Shown here piece by piece: positions 1 to 12,111 of a stretch of DNA of 64,000 nt (its first letter is position 1; every line of letters starts with the position of its first letter). The notes beneath the pieces are model-generated. The model saw only the letters and a program-made list of their open reading frames with translations, searched no databases and was not told the origin of the DNA. The DNA lies in the NCBI RefSeq assembly GCF_001194135.2, contig NC_068982.1, forward strand, positions 192,245,135 to 192,309,134, read 5' to 3'. The stretch is from Octopus bimaculoides (taxonomy: Eukaryota). Made by a program: the position numbers and the translations under genes.

Positions 1-1330
1 AGTAACTTACCCTTAACAAAAATTTTAGTGGGGTTACATAAAGCACCACATACAGGTTGATACTTCACAACTGTTTTTCTAAGTTGATGGTCAAGCCAAA
101 ATCATCACAAGCTGAGTCAAATACAGATACAAGAGATTGCAGGTCCGTTTCAGAGAGCCTGACTAGATCGTAATCATCAGCGTATAAAAGTTCCTTAATG
201 AGTGAAGTTAAAATCTTTGTTTTGACTTTCAGTCTGGTCAGATTAAAAACACTCCCTGTTGTTCAATATTTTAGGTAAATACCCACCTCAGAGTTTTGAA
301 AAGCAAGTAACAACACAACAGCAAAGTCTATTGCAAAGAGAGTGGGTGCATCAAGGTCTTTACTTCATTTTCCACAGCAAAAGATTCAGAGAGCCTACTA
401 CCAAAATTAACTCTACCTTTCATATTTTGATGCAAAGCCCTGATCATGTTTACAATTTTTTCTGGACAACCTATTTTCTTTAGAATTAACCATAGAGTAT
501 GAGTATTTCGATTAATAGTATTAAATGCCTTGCTACAATCACCAAAACAGTGGTTTAGTGTAAGATTCTGTTCTATGCACTTTTCCTGAAATTGCCTGAT
601 AGTAAAGATACAATAAACTGTGCCACTGGATAAGTGAAAAGCCATATTGAGACTCAGACATTATATTTGGAACTACAAAGGAATTTAAGTGTTCTAACAG
701 AATACAGGCAAGTACCTTTCCAACTATAGACAGAAGCGAAATCCCACAAAAATTACCACACAGGTCCTTTGGGCCTGATTTATACAAGGAGACTAAAATG
801 GCATCAATCCAGCCTTGAGGCACTTGTTCAGTTCTCCAACAGTGACAAATTAATATATCTAAGAGTTCAAACATTCTGTCACCGGTCACCCCCATATTTC
901 AAGAGCTCTGCACAGGTTTCATCTGACCCCGGAGACTCATTGTTATTCAGCTTATTCACGACTAAATAAATGTCATTTAGAGTTGGTTCAAATGCCATCT
1001 CCTTTATAACTGGAAGGTGTTTGAGTATTTCTACTATTCATAAGTGCCTGTGCAGATGAATATTTTTTCAGAAGGTATAACTTGCACTGCACTACTCCCA
1101 AGAAGACTTTCACCAGTGTAGCATGAGAATTGACAAACCAAGAACTCCCAAGGGCTCAGATTTCATTTCGGAGATTTCCTTCTCCTAGATTGAGTACCAA
1201 CCTAGGTTAAAGAGCTTCTACCTGCCCATGAGCTAGGCTATCCCATGCCAGATACCAAACCGACACCCAAACACTTCACAGAGTGATTAAGTATCATTCC
1301 GGCACCCAACATGGAGTAGCTCACAAATAC
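1..1330 (-). mobile_element. RTE-clade (BovB-like) LINE relic; RT fragments joined to a probable 5' UTR, endonuclease missing
   Basis: Minus frames give WIDAILVSLYKSGPKDLCGNFCGISLLS...SESQYGF and EKCIEQ...SKAFNTINR...GCPEKIVNMIRALH, plus ELLYADD (YADD at 173-184). Frameshifted. 1140-1250 resembles RTE 5'-end sequence as I recall it. Runs off the window edge. Confidence 0.85.
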
Positions 1331-1467
1331 ATGAAAAATGTAAAAGATATGAAAATTAAAAATATAAATAAAATAATATAATATAAAATGAATCAAGATT
1401 CAAAAATATGAATAAAATAAGATATATATATATATGTGTGTGTGTGTGTGTATGTATATATAAAATA

Positions 1468-2945
1468 TATATGGCAAATGAAAGACGAAAGATGGAATAT
1501 ATGAGAATTTATCATTGATTACAACAATTGTTTTGACACATCTAGAATTGATCCCTCATGGGTGGGACACTCAACCTGATTTTCGGTTCGCATGTTTTAA
1601 CCAGGATCACTGGAAAATTTTTTGCTGCTTTGGACAAATGTTTTCCTAAATCTAATCAGTATCATGCTAATTTTAATCAACATACAGTGAAGGTATCCTA
1701 CACCAACTCTGCTAATTTGGAGCAGCTTATGCATCACATAAACCATAGCAAAATGTGACAAAGGTTCAATAACCCACCTAGTGGATCTAGTGAACATACA
1801 CATCTAAAAGCTAACAAAGGAGATGTAAACTGCAATGGAAAACATCAATTATGGCCAAATTGTAATAGTAGAAATACTTATGATACAGCTAACATGGTAA
1901 CAACATCAGTAAATGGAGTCAGGACTGCCTTATATACAAATAAATATGATAAATGCTCATGCAGGGGAAAATCAAAATGTCCATTGATGGATTTCTGTAT
2001 GAGTACAAATCTTGTATATAAATGTACCATGCACACAAGGGGAGGGCCGTATATGTACATTGGGCAGATTCATTTAAGAATTGTTATTGTAACCATGTTG
2101 CCAGCTTTAAAACAATCAATAAGAGACATTCAACATCTTTGGCCGATTTTGTATGGCAACTGAAGGAGGATAAAATGAGGTACAACATAACTTGGTCCAT
2201 AGTAAGGTATGCGAGACCATACAATATAATTTCCAGGAGATGCCGTCTCTGCTCCGAGGAATCCCTGTCTATTCTATGGACTAATGAGAAGATAATTAAT
2301 AGAATCTCTGAAAGACTCTTAAGTAGTTTATATGCATATAAATGTACTTTTGCTCCATTCAATGAGAATGAATTTTGAGTAACTGTTAACGTAATTTACT
2401 CATGGATGACTGAAGTTTACTGTTAATCTCCCCATTCTTACAGACACCAAGTTATTAGTTAACTCACTTTGTGATCATGAGTGCACCAAACCTCACATGT
2501 GTCTATGCTCACATAGTCTTGGATGCTTGTATGAGTGAGTGTATTCATGCCATGCAGCTTGCCCAAGGGCATTTATACATCCATATTTGTTAAAGGTTAT
2601 TTTTAAGAGTTTTCTCATATTGCATGTTTGTTTGTTTTTTTTCCATCTGTGATTTTATTTTTGATCTTCTATATAAATGAAGATATTTCCTCCATCTGGC
2701 TGTTTTTCTTTCTACAAAACGAGACGTTACATTGCGGAACTGTTATTTTAATGAGTTGTGTCACCCAGTGAGATACATCTGCACCACCAGATGCTCCTGA
2801 ACCAGTTGTTGAGTGTCCCACCCAAGAGGAATCAATGCTAGATGTGTCAAAACAATTGTCATGATTAATGATAAATTCATTATATTCCATCTTCTGCCTT
2901 TCATTTGCCATATACATAACGATCGCTATGAAAGTGACCTTGCTT
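1468..2945 (+). mobile_element. Penelope-like element (Naiad-type) RT-thumb/linker plus GIY-YIG endonuclease fragment with inverted terminal duplication
   Basis: ORF 1558-1758 (GKFFAALDKCFPK...FNQHTVKVSY), 1894-2163 (CSCRGKSKCPL...LVYKC...YMYIG) and 2022-2378 (STSLADFVWQLK...WSIVRYARPY...CRLC). ~90-bp inverted repeat at 1468-1557 / 2826-2914. Confidence 0.8.
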
Positions 2946-3193
2946 TACCAGTAATCTACCAGGTGTAAACCATTCGTTTTATTATCCAATATATATATAT
3001 NNNNNNNNNNNNNNNNNNNNNNNNNNNNNNNNNNNNNNNNNNNNNNNNNNNNNNNNNNNNNNNNNNNNNNNNNNNNNNNNNNNNNNNNNNNNNNNNNNNN
3101 NNNNNNNNNNNNNNNNNNNNNNNNNNNNNNNNNNNNNNNNNNNNNNNNNNNNNNNNNNNNNNNNNNNNNNNNNNNNNNNNNNNNNNNNNNNNN

Positions 3194-3545
3194 GGTTCTG
3201 GGTTCAGTCCCACTGCATGGCACCTTGGGCAAGTGTCTTCTACTATAGCCTCGGGCCAACCAAAGCCTTGTGAGTGGATTTGGTAGATGGAAACTGAAAG
3301 AAGCCCGTCGTATATATGTATATATATATATATGTGTGTTTGTGTGTCTGTGTTTGTCCCCCCAACATCGCTTGACAACTGATGCTGGTGTGTTTACGTC
3401 CCCGTAACTTAGAGGTTTGGCAAAAGAGACCGATAGAATAAGTACTAGGCTTACAAAGAATAAGTCCTGGAGTCGATTTGCTCGACTAAAGGAGGTGCTC
3501 CAGCATGGCTGCAGTCAAATGACTGAAACAAGTAAAAGAGTAAAT
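3194..3545 (+). mobile_element. tRNA-derived SINE (CORE-like central motif), head cut by gap
   Basis: B-box-like GGTTCAGTCCC, then CACCTTGGGCAAGTGTCTTCTACTATAGCC; same family at 20483, 21110, 35030 and 49590. Confidence 0.75.
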
Positions 3546-4089
3546 ATTGACATACGTCTTTTATTAACTTCATACACTAACACATTTTCTTACTATTGTT
3601 TACCTCTTCCATAATGTTTTGACCTTGTTCACTATAACACTCTTTTTCAACATTTTTAGATTGTAACTCTTAATAATTATATTAATACTGTTAATGTAGG
3701 GATTAGTTTACAGATTTTGTCTCGTTATATATATTTTTATTTTTCATGTTTATGTTTATTCCTTGAATGATTTTAGGTATTTTCTTAGGAATTTGACCTG
3801 AAGAGTGACTGATTTTGGGAGTAAAATCATTTCCCCATTCTAATGAACTTGGATAGAATTTACTTATGGTTTTATATAGTCCTGTTTCAACCATGAAATG
3901 CATGTAGTCTACATTCTAGCACTGACTTTTATACATTTATACTTTCACACTTTATATTATTGTATTAAATTTTATTGCCCAATTTATAATTTTGATTTTT
4001 AAATTAATATTTTTATGATGAATGTTTCTTTATATGATAGATTATATATTATTAAAATTATTAAAATTTTAGATTAAAATCTTAGATAA

Positions 4090-4290
4090 ATGTAAAATGC
4101 ACTGGTGCTGGTGTGACATAAAAAACAACACTTTGTACAGTGACTGGCATTAAGAAGGGTGTCCAGCCACAGAAACCATGCAAAAATAAACACCTGGAGT
4201 CTCGTGCAGCCCCCAACTTTACAGGTTGCTGTCAAACTGTCCAACTCATGACAGCATGAAAAACAGATGTTAAATGACATTGACAATGCT
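4090..4290 (+). mobile_element. Short 3'-end copy of the GAT-tailed RTE family (old)
   Basis: Diverged match to GGCATTAGGAAGGGCATCCAGC...CCAACCCATG...GTTAAATGATGAT seen at the 3' end of the RTE copy 44396-46050. Confidence 0.6.
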
Positions 4291-4794
4291 GATGATGCCA
4301 CCAGCACTACCGTTGACAACACTGCCAACACCACTGCTGCTACAGACGTCACCACCACCACTGATGCTGCTGCCAGCACTCACGACTATGACAATGACTT
4401 GTTATTTGTTTGTTTCTTTTCTGTAAACCAATTTGGGAAATTTCTACTAAAACTATGTGAAAACACTTCTCTGCCAGACATTTACCATTATGGAAATCCT
4501 TTTCACAATTTTCTATTTAATTGAGGATGTATTTTCTTCCTCCTTCATCCTGCTAATGGATTGAATTTATAATTGAATTGTTCACAATCTTAAGCATTTA
4601 TCAATTTAGTTAGAGATTTCATTACAGAATTAAATACGAAGAAAATCTAGAAGCAGAGTCTTGATGTGAAGTTTGTCTCTTATTTAAAATATTGATTTAT
4701 CTCATAGACACAGTGTAAGAGATTTATAGGAAAGGAGAGGAATGAGAATGTGTGGTCTTCATACCTTTCTGATTAGATATATAAAGGAAGTGAA

Positions 4795-5200
4795 ATGTTG
4801 AGATGTTATAGCAGTGAAACATGGACACTGACAAAGAAGTTATCAAAAGGGCTAAATGGAATCTAGACTAGGATGCCACAAATGGCCCTAAATGTGAAAT
4901 TGCAGCCAACATATGAGAAATGAATGCCTTTATGGAGACCTGTTGAAAGTTAGCAGGAAGATTGGGTAAAAAGACAGCCGCAACTATCTGGTCACTGTGT
5001 GTGCAATCCTGAGCTGCTGGAAGCATCCAAATTAGTCTTGTGGAACCTACTTCATGGTTGTGTAAGAAGAGAAAAATGTTGTCACAAACTTACATCAACA
5101 ACTTGATTACAGAGAATGGCCTGGAATGTCTGCTGGACATTCCAGGCAGTGATGATGGACCAAGAAGTGTGGCCCAGGCTGGAACTCAACCATAATAATA
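4795..5200 (+). mobile_element. Decayed RTE-like LINE C-terminal fragment
   Basis: YSSETWTLTKKL...TRM..MALNV and LSGHC...ASKLVLW remnants; AAT tail near 5192. Confidence 0.55.
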
Positions 5201-5229
5201 ATCTGAAGAAAATAACATACAGTTTAATG

Positions 5230-5760
5230 CTAGAAAATTCCAAGCTTTGTGCTACCAACACAAGAAGCTGAATGAAAAGTAGATAGGATACACTGGCCCA
5301 GGAGGGATTGTATTCCCTGAATCAAAATCAGTTTGCTGTCTGAGCATCAGCATGGTGCACCTTTCCAGGTTCGTATGACTAAGTTAGCAATAAAATGCAG
5401 GCAGTTGGCTGGATGGATCTTTCAAACTTTCAGAATGAGAGAACAGGAAGCACGATGGCCCTGTGGAGGACATTCATCCTTAACTATTTGGATTACTGCT
5501 CCCAACTGTGGTTACCACAAGGTGTAAAATTAACAAGAGAACTTGAAGCAATCCAGAGAAGCTACACTGAGAGGATTGTCTCAATGTGACATGGGAGAGA
5601 CTGAAAAAGTTACGACTAAGACCCTACTCCCTGGAATGAAGGCAGGAAAGATATGCAGTGATATACATCTGGAAAATCCTAGAAGGACATGTACCTAAGT
5701 TTGGCATTGTAAGTTACACAACATTGCCATCAGGACACAGGACCAGAAACTGCAACAGCT
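5230..5760 (+). mobile_element. CR1/L2-group LINE RT C-terminal fragment
   Basis: KCRQLAGWIFQTF, LDYCSQLWLP...ELEAIQRSYT and YIWKILEGHVP motifs across frameshifted ORFs 5333-5589. Confidence 0.7.
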
Positions 5761-8261
5761 TGGCTGTGACGAATGATGTAGAGTCTGGCTAATGATGAGA
5801 TTAGTCATTTAATTAACATAAATATTTATAGTGTAATGGACTGACCACTTTACAATGACTTTTAAGAACCTTTAACAACCTTCAGCATGGCACAATGTTT
5901 TTGGATCCTGTCAATTAGAGTGTATCCTGTCAATTAGAGTGTATCCTGTTGTCATCACTTCAATGGAAGGGATGACGTTTGAATCAACCCCTGAAACTAT
6001 GGAAGAAAACATATGTTCAAGAGAGACTTAGACTTTGTAAGCAAACAACCAATCACACACACACACACAGTGTTGTGGCTAAATTTGAAAGTTTGCCAGA
6101 AAAGGAAAAGTTAACACAATATTTCGTTTTTGGATTTGATTTGCAAGATTCTGTAGCACAAGGAGTGCGGGTAGGTGTGATTCACTTACTGAATCGAAAT
6201 GTCCCCTTTCTGCTAGCCACACACATGAAAATGTATTTTTTGTTTTACTTGTTGAGTCTGGAGGGAGGGGCAGAGCCCATGACCTTTCCAAACCCTCTGA
6301 GACTTGTAAGGCTGATTCTGTTCAAAGTATTGCAATGCAAAAACTGCAGGATATTCCAGAGGAACAAAGATCTGGGGAAGAAGGATTGGGCATAGTGATG
6401 GGGGGAGTACAAGATCAGCCAACTCTGAAGAGCAGAGATCAGAGGGGAAGGAGAGACAATGCATGTGGTAGGCCAGAGGAAGGAGTGTGTCTGTGAACGA
6501 TGGAGTAGCATTCCACAGAACTTATCAACATTAGTGCATTATTAGGAAATATCACAGTTGTACTTTTTTAGCAAATGATTGAATCTAAAACTGATGGAAT
6601 TTATCATAGAAGAACCATTTCAGACTCTAATATAATCTGTTAGATTGTGTTCAAACATTTCATCACATTTCTATCAATAAATCAGTTCTACTAATAAAGA
6701 TCACATGTTCATATTTCTTCCTAACTTTTCATTGTAACTCATTCAATTGTCTTGTTATTGTAGTGGCACCATCAGAGATTTATGCTATTAATACTGCTAC
6801 TTCCATGTTCCAAAACATTTCAAAACATGTCCAGATGAAACATTTGTTGCTCTGCACTAACATTGTTGAAACTTATAAACCATTCTTTAGTAACACAATC
6901 TTTTGTAACATATTGTGAAATAATTGTGACTAGTTCAATACATCAGGCAGCTCATCTCCAAGAAAAACAAAATTTAGCCTGCTTAAGTCCATTTTCTATT
7001 TCACTCAATATAATTTTTTGAATTGCATTAATCAAGTTATTTCGAATTCTGTTTGAGTGACTTGAGAACACAGAAACTGGCCCAAAATGGTTTGCCAATT
7101 TTTTTTTTTTCTTTCTTTCATCATACTTACTGATTAAATATAAAAGTTCTTTAGAATTCCTGTCATTATTGGATGCTTAGGATTCAAAATGAACATGAAA
7201 TGATAATTCCTGGCAACTTAAAAGTTTGTTATTTTGTATGCTGCTTCTTTTATGTACATCTAATTGTATGTCTATGTGAACAATTCAAAATATTGTAAGG
7301 TCTATCAAGAATTTTATATGTCTTTAAGACCATTCATGATTTAGTAGGGCCATATGTAGATTATTCAAATTTCCATAATGTTTATCACTCCAAACAGTTT
7401 TTCTTAAACTGAACAACAAACACGATCAGCAAAATAACTTATTTAGCTAAGCACTTCCAGTTAACCATTTTTCCTTTTACGTAAATTAGTCTGAAAGTAA
7501 CTAATACATTCCTTGTTGGAATTTTGTAAATTTGGTAATTTCAGTGTTGATTTGCCATCATTTATAATTATTTCTCTTGAAAGTCCTTTTTTCAAAAGCT
7601 AATTTTCAAAAGTTCTTCTACAAAAACACATTTCAATTCTTTGGGAAAATATTTTGGTAATTGGAAAGAAAATTAAAAAATGAATAGAAGGTGGGGGGGT
7701 AAGGTTTCTATGTAGCTGTGCATGTGTGTGTGTGTGTGTGTGTGTGCATGTGTGCTCATGCATGTGTGTATGTATAACAACATGAACAATGACAAGATGC
7801 AAGAAGCTAGAGAAAGTGTTGGAAGCAACAAACGCAAATGTTTCTTCCTGAAAGACGACCACGCATGACCCCCCCCCCCCATGGTTAGCATGTTCCCTTT
7901 GCAGGCACCAAGGTTCTGAGTTCACTCTCACTGCACCAGTCAAGACACACCATTTTAGGGAGATGGAAACTGTGTAGAAGCTGGCTCATTTGCAGTCTGT
8001 CTTGTAGACTTCATCTGTTTGTCCAATTGAACCCCACCACCAGTCTTAGATTAGGCTTCCATTGAGAGGATAATATGATGTGCAAGACCATACTGCAGCA
8101 ACCCATCTGCCTACCATTCTCCACACCAGAATCAAAATTCAGACAAAGAAGTCACAAAAGGACACAACTGCTGCTACTGCTGCTGCTTTTAATTTTGACA
8201 CATAAAACAGAAACTCTGCCAGTGGAGAGATGGGAATAAATAAAGAGTTGAGTGAAAACTA

Positions 8262-8785
8262 ATGAAGACTGTGGCTGGAAGGCTGATGATGAGTGAAGAC
8301 AAGGTCAGAGGACTGATGACTGGTAAGAGCTTGAGGCTGGAAGACTGATGACTGGTGAAAGCATGAGGTCAGAAGACTGATGACGGGTGAAAGCTTGAGG
8401 TCAGAGGACTGATGACTGGTGAAGGCATGAGGTCAGAAGACTGATGACTGGTGAAAGCTTGAGGTCAGAAGACTGATGACTGGTGAAAGCTTGAGTCAGA
8501 GGACTGATGACTAGTGAAGGTTTGAGGTCAGAAGACTGATGACTGGTGAAGGTTTGAGGTCAGAAGACTGATGACTGGTGAAAGCATGAGGTCAGAGGAC
8601 TGATGACGGGTGAAAGCATGAGGTCAGAGGACTGATGACGGGTGAAAGCTTGAGGTCAGAAGACTGATGACTGGTGAAAGCTTGAGGTCAGAGGACTGAT
8701 GACTGGTGAAGGTTTGAGGTCAGAAGACTGATGGCTGGTGAAGGTTTGAGGTCAGAAGACTGATGACTGGTGAAGGCATGAGGTC
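8262..8785 (+). repeat. 32-bp minisatellite, about 15 copies
   Basis: Unit GTCAGA(A/G)GACTGATGAC(T/G)GGTGAA(A/G)G(C/T)(T/A)TGAG repeated head to tail, with diverged units at the left edge. Confidence 0.95.
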
Positions 8786-9084
8786 ATATAATGGGGACAG
8801 AGTATGTCAGAGTAGAAGTGTGAAAGGACTGAGAGAATGGCACAAAGAGATGTGCCATGTGACAGATCTGTGTGGCTCATAACAGCATGGGAAAAGATTG
8901 GTATTGAAATAATGACGATGATGATGATGATGATAATGTCCTGATGATAATGGCATGATAATGATGTGGTGCGCGGGAGGTGAGATGCATAGAGGATCTC
9001 CATACTGGAGATGTGGAATGAGTCACCAGACCAGTCCCAAAGGTCAAAGGACAGCAATAGAGTGTGGTGGCAGACATAGCAGAC

Positions 9085-9088
9085 AGAC

Positions 9089-9151
<63 letters not shown>

Positions 9152-9155
9152 AAAT

Positions 9156-9216
<61 letters not shown>

Positions 9217-9300
9217 CGAGGTAGATAGATAGATAGATAGATAGATAGATATAGAGATAGATAGATGAAGATAGATAGACAGATAGATGGATGGATGGAT
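9085..9300 (+). repeat. (AGAT)n microsatellite
   Basis: Direct reading of the sequence. Confidence 0.97.
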
Positions 9301-9398
9301 GGATAGAGAGAGAGAGAGGGAGAGGAGGGGGTTATGGAAAAAGAAAGAGATATATAAGTAGAGATAGAAAGAGAAATACAGAAATAGATAAAAGGATA

Positions 9399-9455
<57 letters not shown>

Positions 9456-10336
9456 GGAGACAGAGAGTGACAGAGAGAATAGTTGCAATTGCTCAGAATA
9501 GAATCTGTCTGTGTGTTGGGAGGTAAAATAAAATGAAAATCAGAGGAACATAGTTGGCAGAATGAAGTGTGATGTTGGAGGGGGGGGGGGGGAGCGGGGG
9601 GAATAAACAACAACAACAACAACAACAAAAGTTTTTGAAATCCCAAGCAGAGATTAAGAAATAGGTTTTGATGACAATGTTTGGAAACTGTAATTGTTGG
9701 TTGTCATAGTAACTCCAATAACAACAACAACAACAATGGTCTTTTTTTTTTTTTTGATAGCAATCACTGCATGAGACCAGAGAAAAGAGTAAATTGGAAG
9801 AGCAGATGGAAGGCCAATGGGCGAGTGTTTACTACACACAGTAATGTTAATGCTGACTGATAAGTGTTGTCTCATATAGCATATGAGTGGGGGGGGGGAG
9901 GCAGGGGGTACGTCATACTTTCTCTTCTTTGCTGGCAACTCGACTTGAATGAAAAATTTCAGCAGACAATGATTGGTAAAGAATTCCTCTAAGCAACAAC
10001 AGCAGAACTCTTCCAGAATCAAATAACATGGGAATGGCATAATAATAAATATGATAATAATAATAATGATGATGATGATGATAATGAGGATGATGATAAT
10101 GATAAGAAAAACAATAACAATAACAACACAATAATAATAATAACAGTAATGATAATAAACAAGTAACAATAGCAGCAGCAGAAGCAGCAGCAGCAGCAGT
10201 TGTAGCAGAGGTGGGGGGGGAATGGCTAAAAATACTCTCAAGACCATATTGATTTTTACTACCATCCCCACCTGCACCCCCTATTCTCTACCCCCTCCCC
10301 CAGCATTATAATCTGCAGTCATTATGCTAATGAAGG

Positions 10337-10406
10337 AGGTCATTCAAGGTCAGAACTACTTGTGGCGTTCAGCTTTAACGATGATGTTACTTGTTTCCAT
10401 GGCAAC
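10337..10406 (+). promoter_or_regulatory. Candidate cis-regulatory module: perfect DR4 nuclear-receptor element plus RFX X-box
   Basis: AGGTCA-TTCA-AGGTCA at 10337-10352; GTTTCCATGGCAAC at 10393-10406; in apparently non-repetitive sequence. Confidence 0.45.
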
Positions 10407-11339
10407 TAAATGGTCACAGAATTTGCATACAATAATCATGTGAGATATTGTTAAAGATGAGGAACCAGTAAAAGGAGGCTGGCACCAGATGGGAGCCGTT
10501 TTATAGGAAACAAATATAAATGGTGGCTGATTCCTTGAAGCAAGGAAAATGAAAAGGTTCAATGTGAAACAACATAGAACTCTAACCCCTAATCCACCCC
10601 CATGTTAGAGAAAATAACCCTAACCTACCCCCATCCCTCCAAAAAAGAAAACTGAAATGAATGGAAGAGACCTCTTAGAGATCACTAAATCTGCTAGAAA
10701 TAGCAGCAGCCAAAAAAGCAGCTTTAAATCACATTTTGCACACAAAAAAAAGGAAGGACACATTGAATGACAATGTAAAAGAAAAGACCAAATAGTCATG
10801 GTTGGAACGTCTTTATTTGTAAATCTGCCAGATTAGAGCTGAGCTGGAAGTAGCTAAACAACAACATTTCTGATTTTAGAGAACAACACCAATGATGAAA
10901 GCAGTTGAGTGTGGTTGGGGGGGGAGTAGTAGGAATAGAGGTGAGATGGACAAATGGAAGAGAGCGAGGAGTGGGAGTCAATAGCAAGCGGGTTTAGAGG
11001 AGAGTGAGTGATGACTGGCAGCACAGAAAGACTGATGGTAGGGTGGATAGGATACTGCCTTCCTTAGTTACACAGATAGTATTACAAAGCAAATAAGAGA
11101 TGGTGAGTAGAGAGAGACAGGTTGAATGATAACAGGATGAGTGACACAGAGAGATGACTCTTGGAGGGAAGAGTGATAAGAAAGGTGAATGGCATGGTAA
11201 ATGAGTGATATTGTTTTGAATTTGTGTGAATGTGTGTAGAATAATATATCAGTTGAATAAAGTTAAAGAATGGTCTGTTTTCACGTTTTTTATTATGGTA
11301 TTTTAACATTAAAAGAAATATTTTGTAATGCTCATAAAG

Positions 11340-12111
11340 TCAAGTTAGCACTTTCATACACAGAGTAATCATCAGATTTCAAATGTGTTTAACTGACAGT
11401 TGAGTTCTTGACAACTTTAGTACCTCTTAGAATGCTCCAAAAAGCTGAATTTTTAGAATACCTTTTTGGCCAATCAGCATGCAGCTTAAACATCATGGTT
11501 TGCCACATGTACTGATATTCCGTAACTTGTTTATATTTATTTACTAGAGATATGTTTTAATCCACATCATTGACTGGTTGTTATATTATTGCTGTTATTT
11601 CCATTCAGAACAGATTTGAACATTTTAATAAACTGTTTTTCTTTTATCTTTCTTCCAATCTCACTTCTGTCATGTAGTTTGTGGAAAGGAAAAATTAGAA
11701 ACATTTTCTGACCACATGTCTCTATATGTTTGCTCAATGGAATCTGGTGAAAATTGGTGTTCTGGATTTGTTGTCTGTAGACTTGTGAGCATTCTGATAA
11801 TGCATTCCCTGTCTTGCCTTTATATAATTCCTTGCAATTCAGGTATTTAATGCAGTTGATCAAATTTCTGCTTTTGCAGTTCATATCTGTCCATTTTTTG
11901 TTCTAATGAATCTACCTGTTTGCATGTATTGACACTTTCCACATCTGTTATCATTACACTTAGATATTGTGAATGTTTTATCCTGTGATGTTTAAAATGC
12001 ATGCAGATTGGCCAAAAAGGTATTCTAAAAATTCAGCTTGTTGGAGTGTGCTAAGAGGTACTCAAGTTGTCAAGAACTCAACTGTCAGTTAAACAAATTT
12101 GAAATCTGATG
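11340..12111 (-). mobile_element. Penelope-like element GIY-YIG endonuclease fragment with inverted pseudo-LTR
   Basis: ORF 11567-11884 (NLINCIKYLNCKELYKGKTG...RQQIQ...IPLSKHIETC...KEKQFIKMFKSVLN); ~126-bp inverted repeat at 11370-11495 / 11986-12111. Confidence 0.8.
11341..11380 (-). ncRNA. Minimal hammerhead ribozyme motif (partly decayed)
   Basis: Minus strand GAAAT-CTGATGA-TTACTCTGTGTAT-GAAA-GTGC-TA-ACTTG: both core boxes intact, TAC/GTA stem II, near-palindromic stem III, weak stem I. Confidence 0.45.

Noticed and set aside
2379-2460. SECIS after the Naiad-type ORF (some Naiads encode selenoproteins)
   Set aside because: ATGA...AA is present, but the 3' GA of the quartet is missing, helix II pairs poorly, and the conserved Cys codons here are TGC/TGT rather than TGA.
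5905-5948. 19-bp tandem duplication
   Set aside because: An ordinary slippage duplication (about 2.3 copies) with no further structure.
8262-8785. CRISPR array or tandem hammerhead ribozymes
   Set aside because: There are no unique spacers and the context is eukaryotic. CTGATGA and GAAA are only 5 nt apart and stem I cannot pair.
8752-10277. 100-200-aa ORFs such as 8877-9488 and 9654-10277
   Set aside because: Translations of AGAT, AG, GAT and AAT microsatellites.
10481-10498. CTCF site
   Set aside because: Mismatches at two core positions; only the CAGATG E-box is secure.
1468-12111. Reading the inverted repeats around the GIY-YIG ORFs as DNA-transposon TIRs
   Set aside because: No TSD or superfamily-type termini; the enclosed proteins are Penelope-type and the arms copy the elements' own 3' ends.
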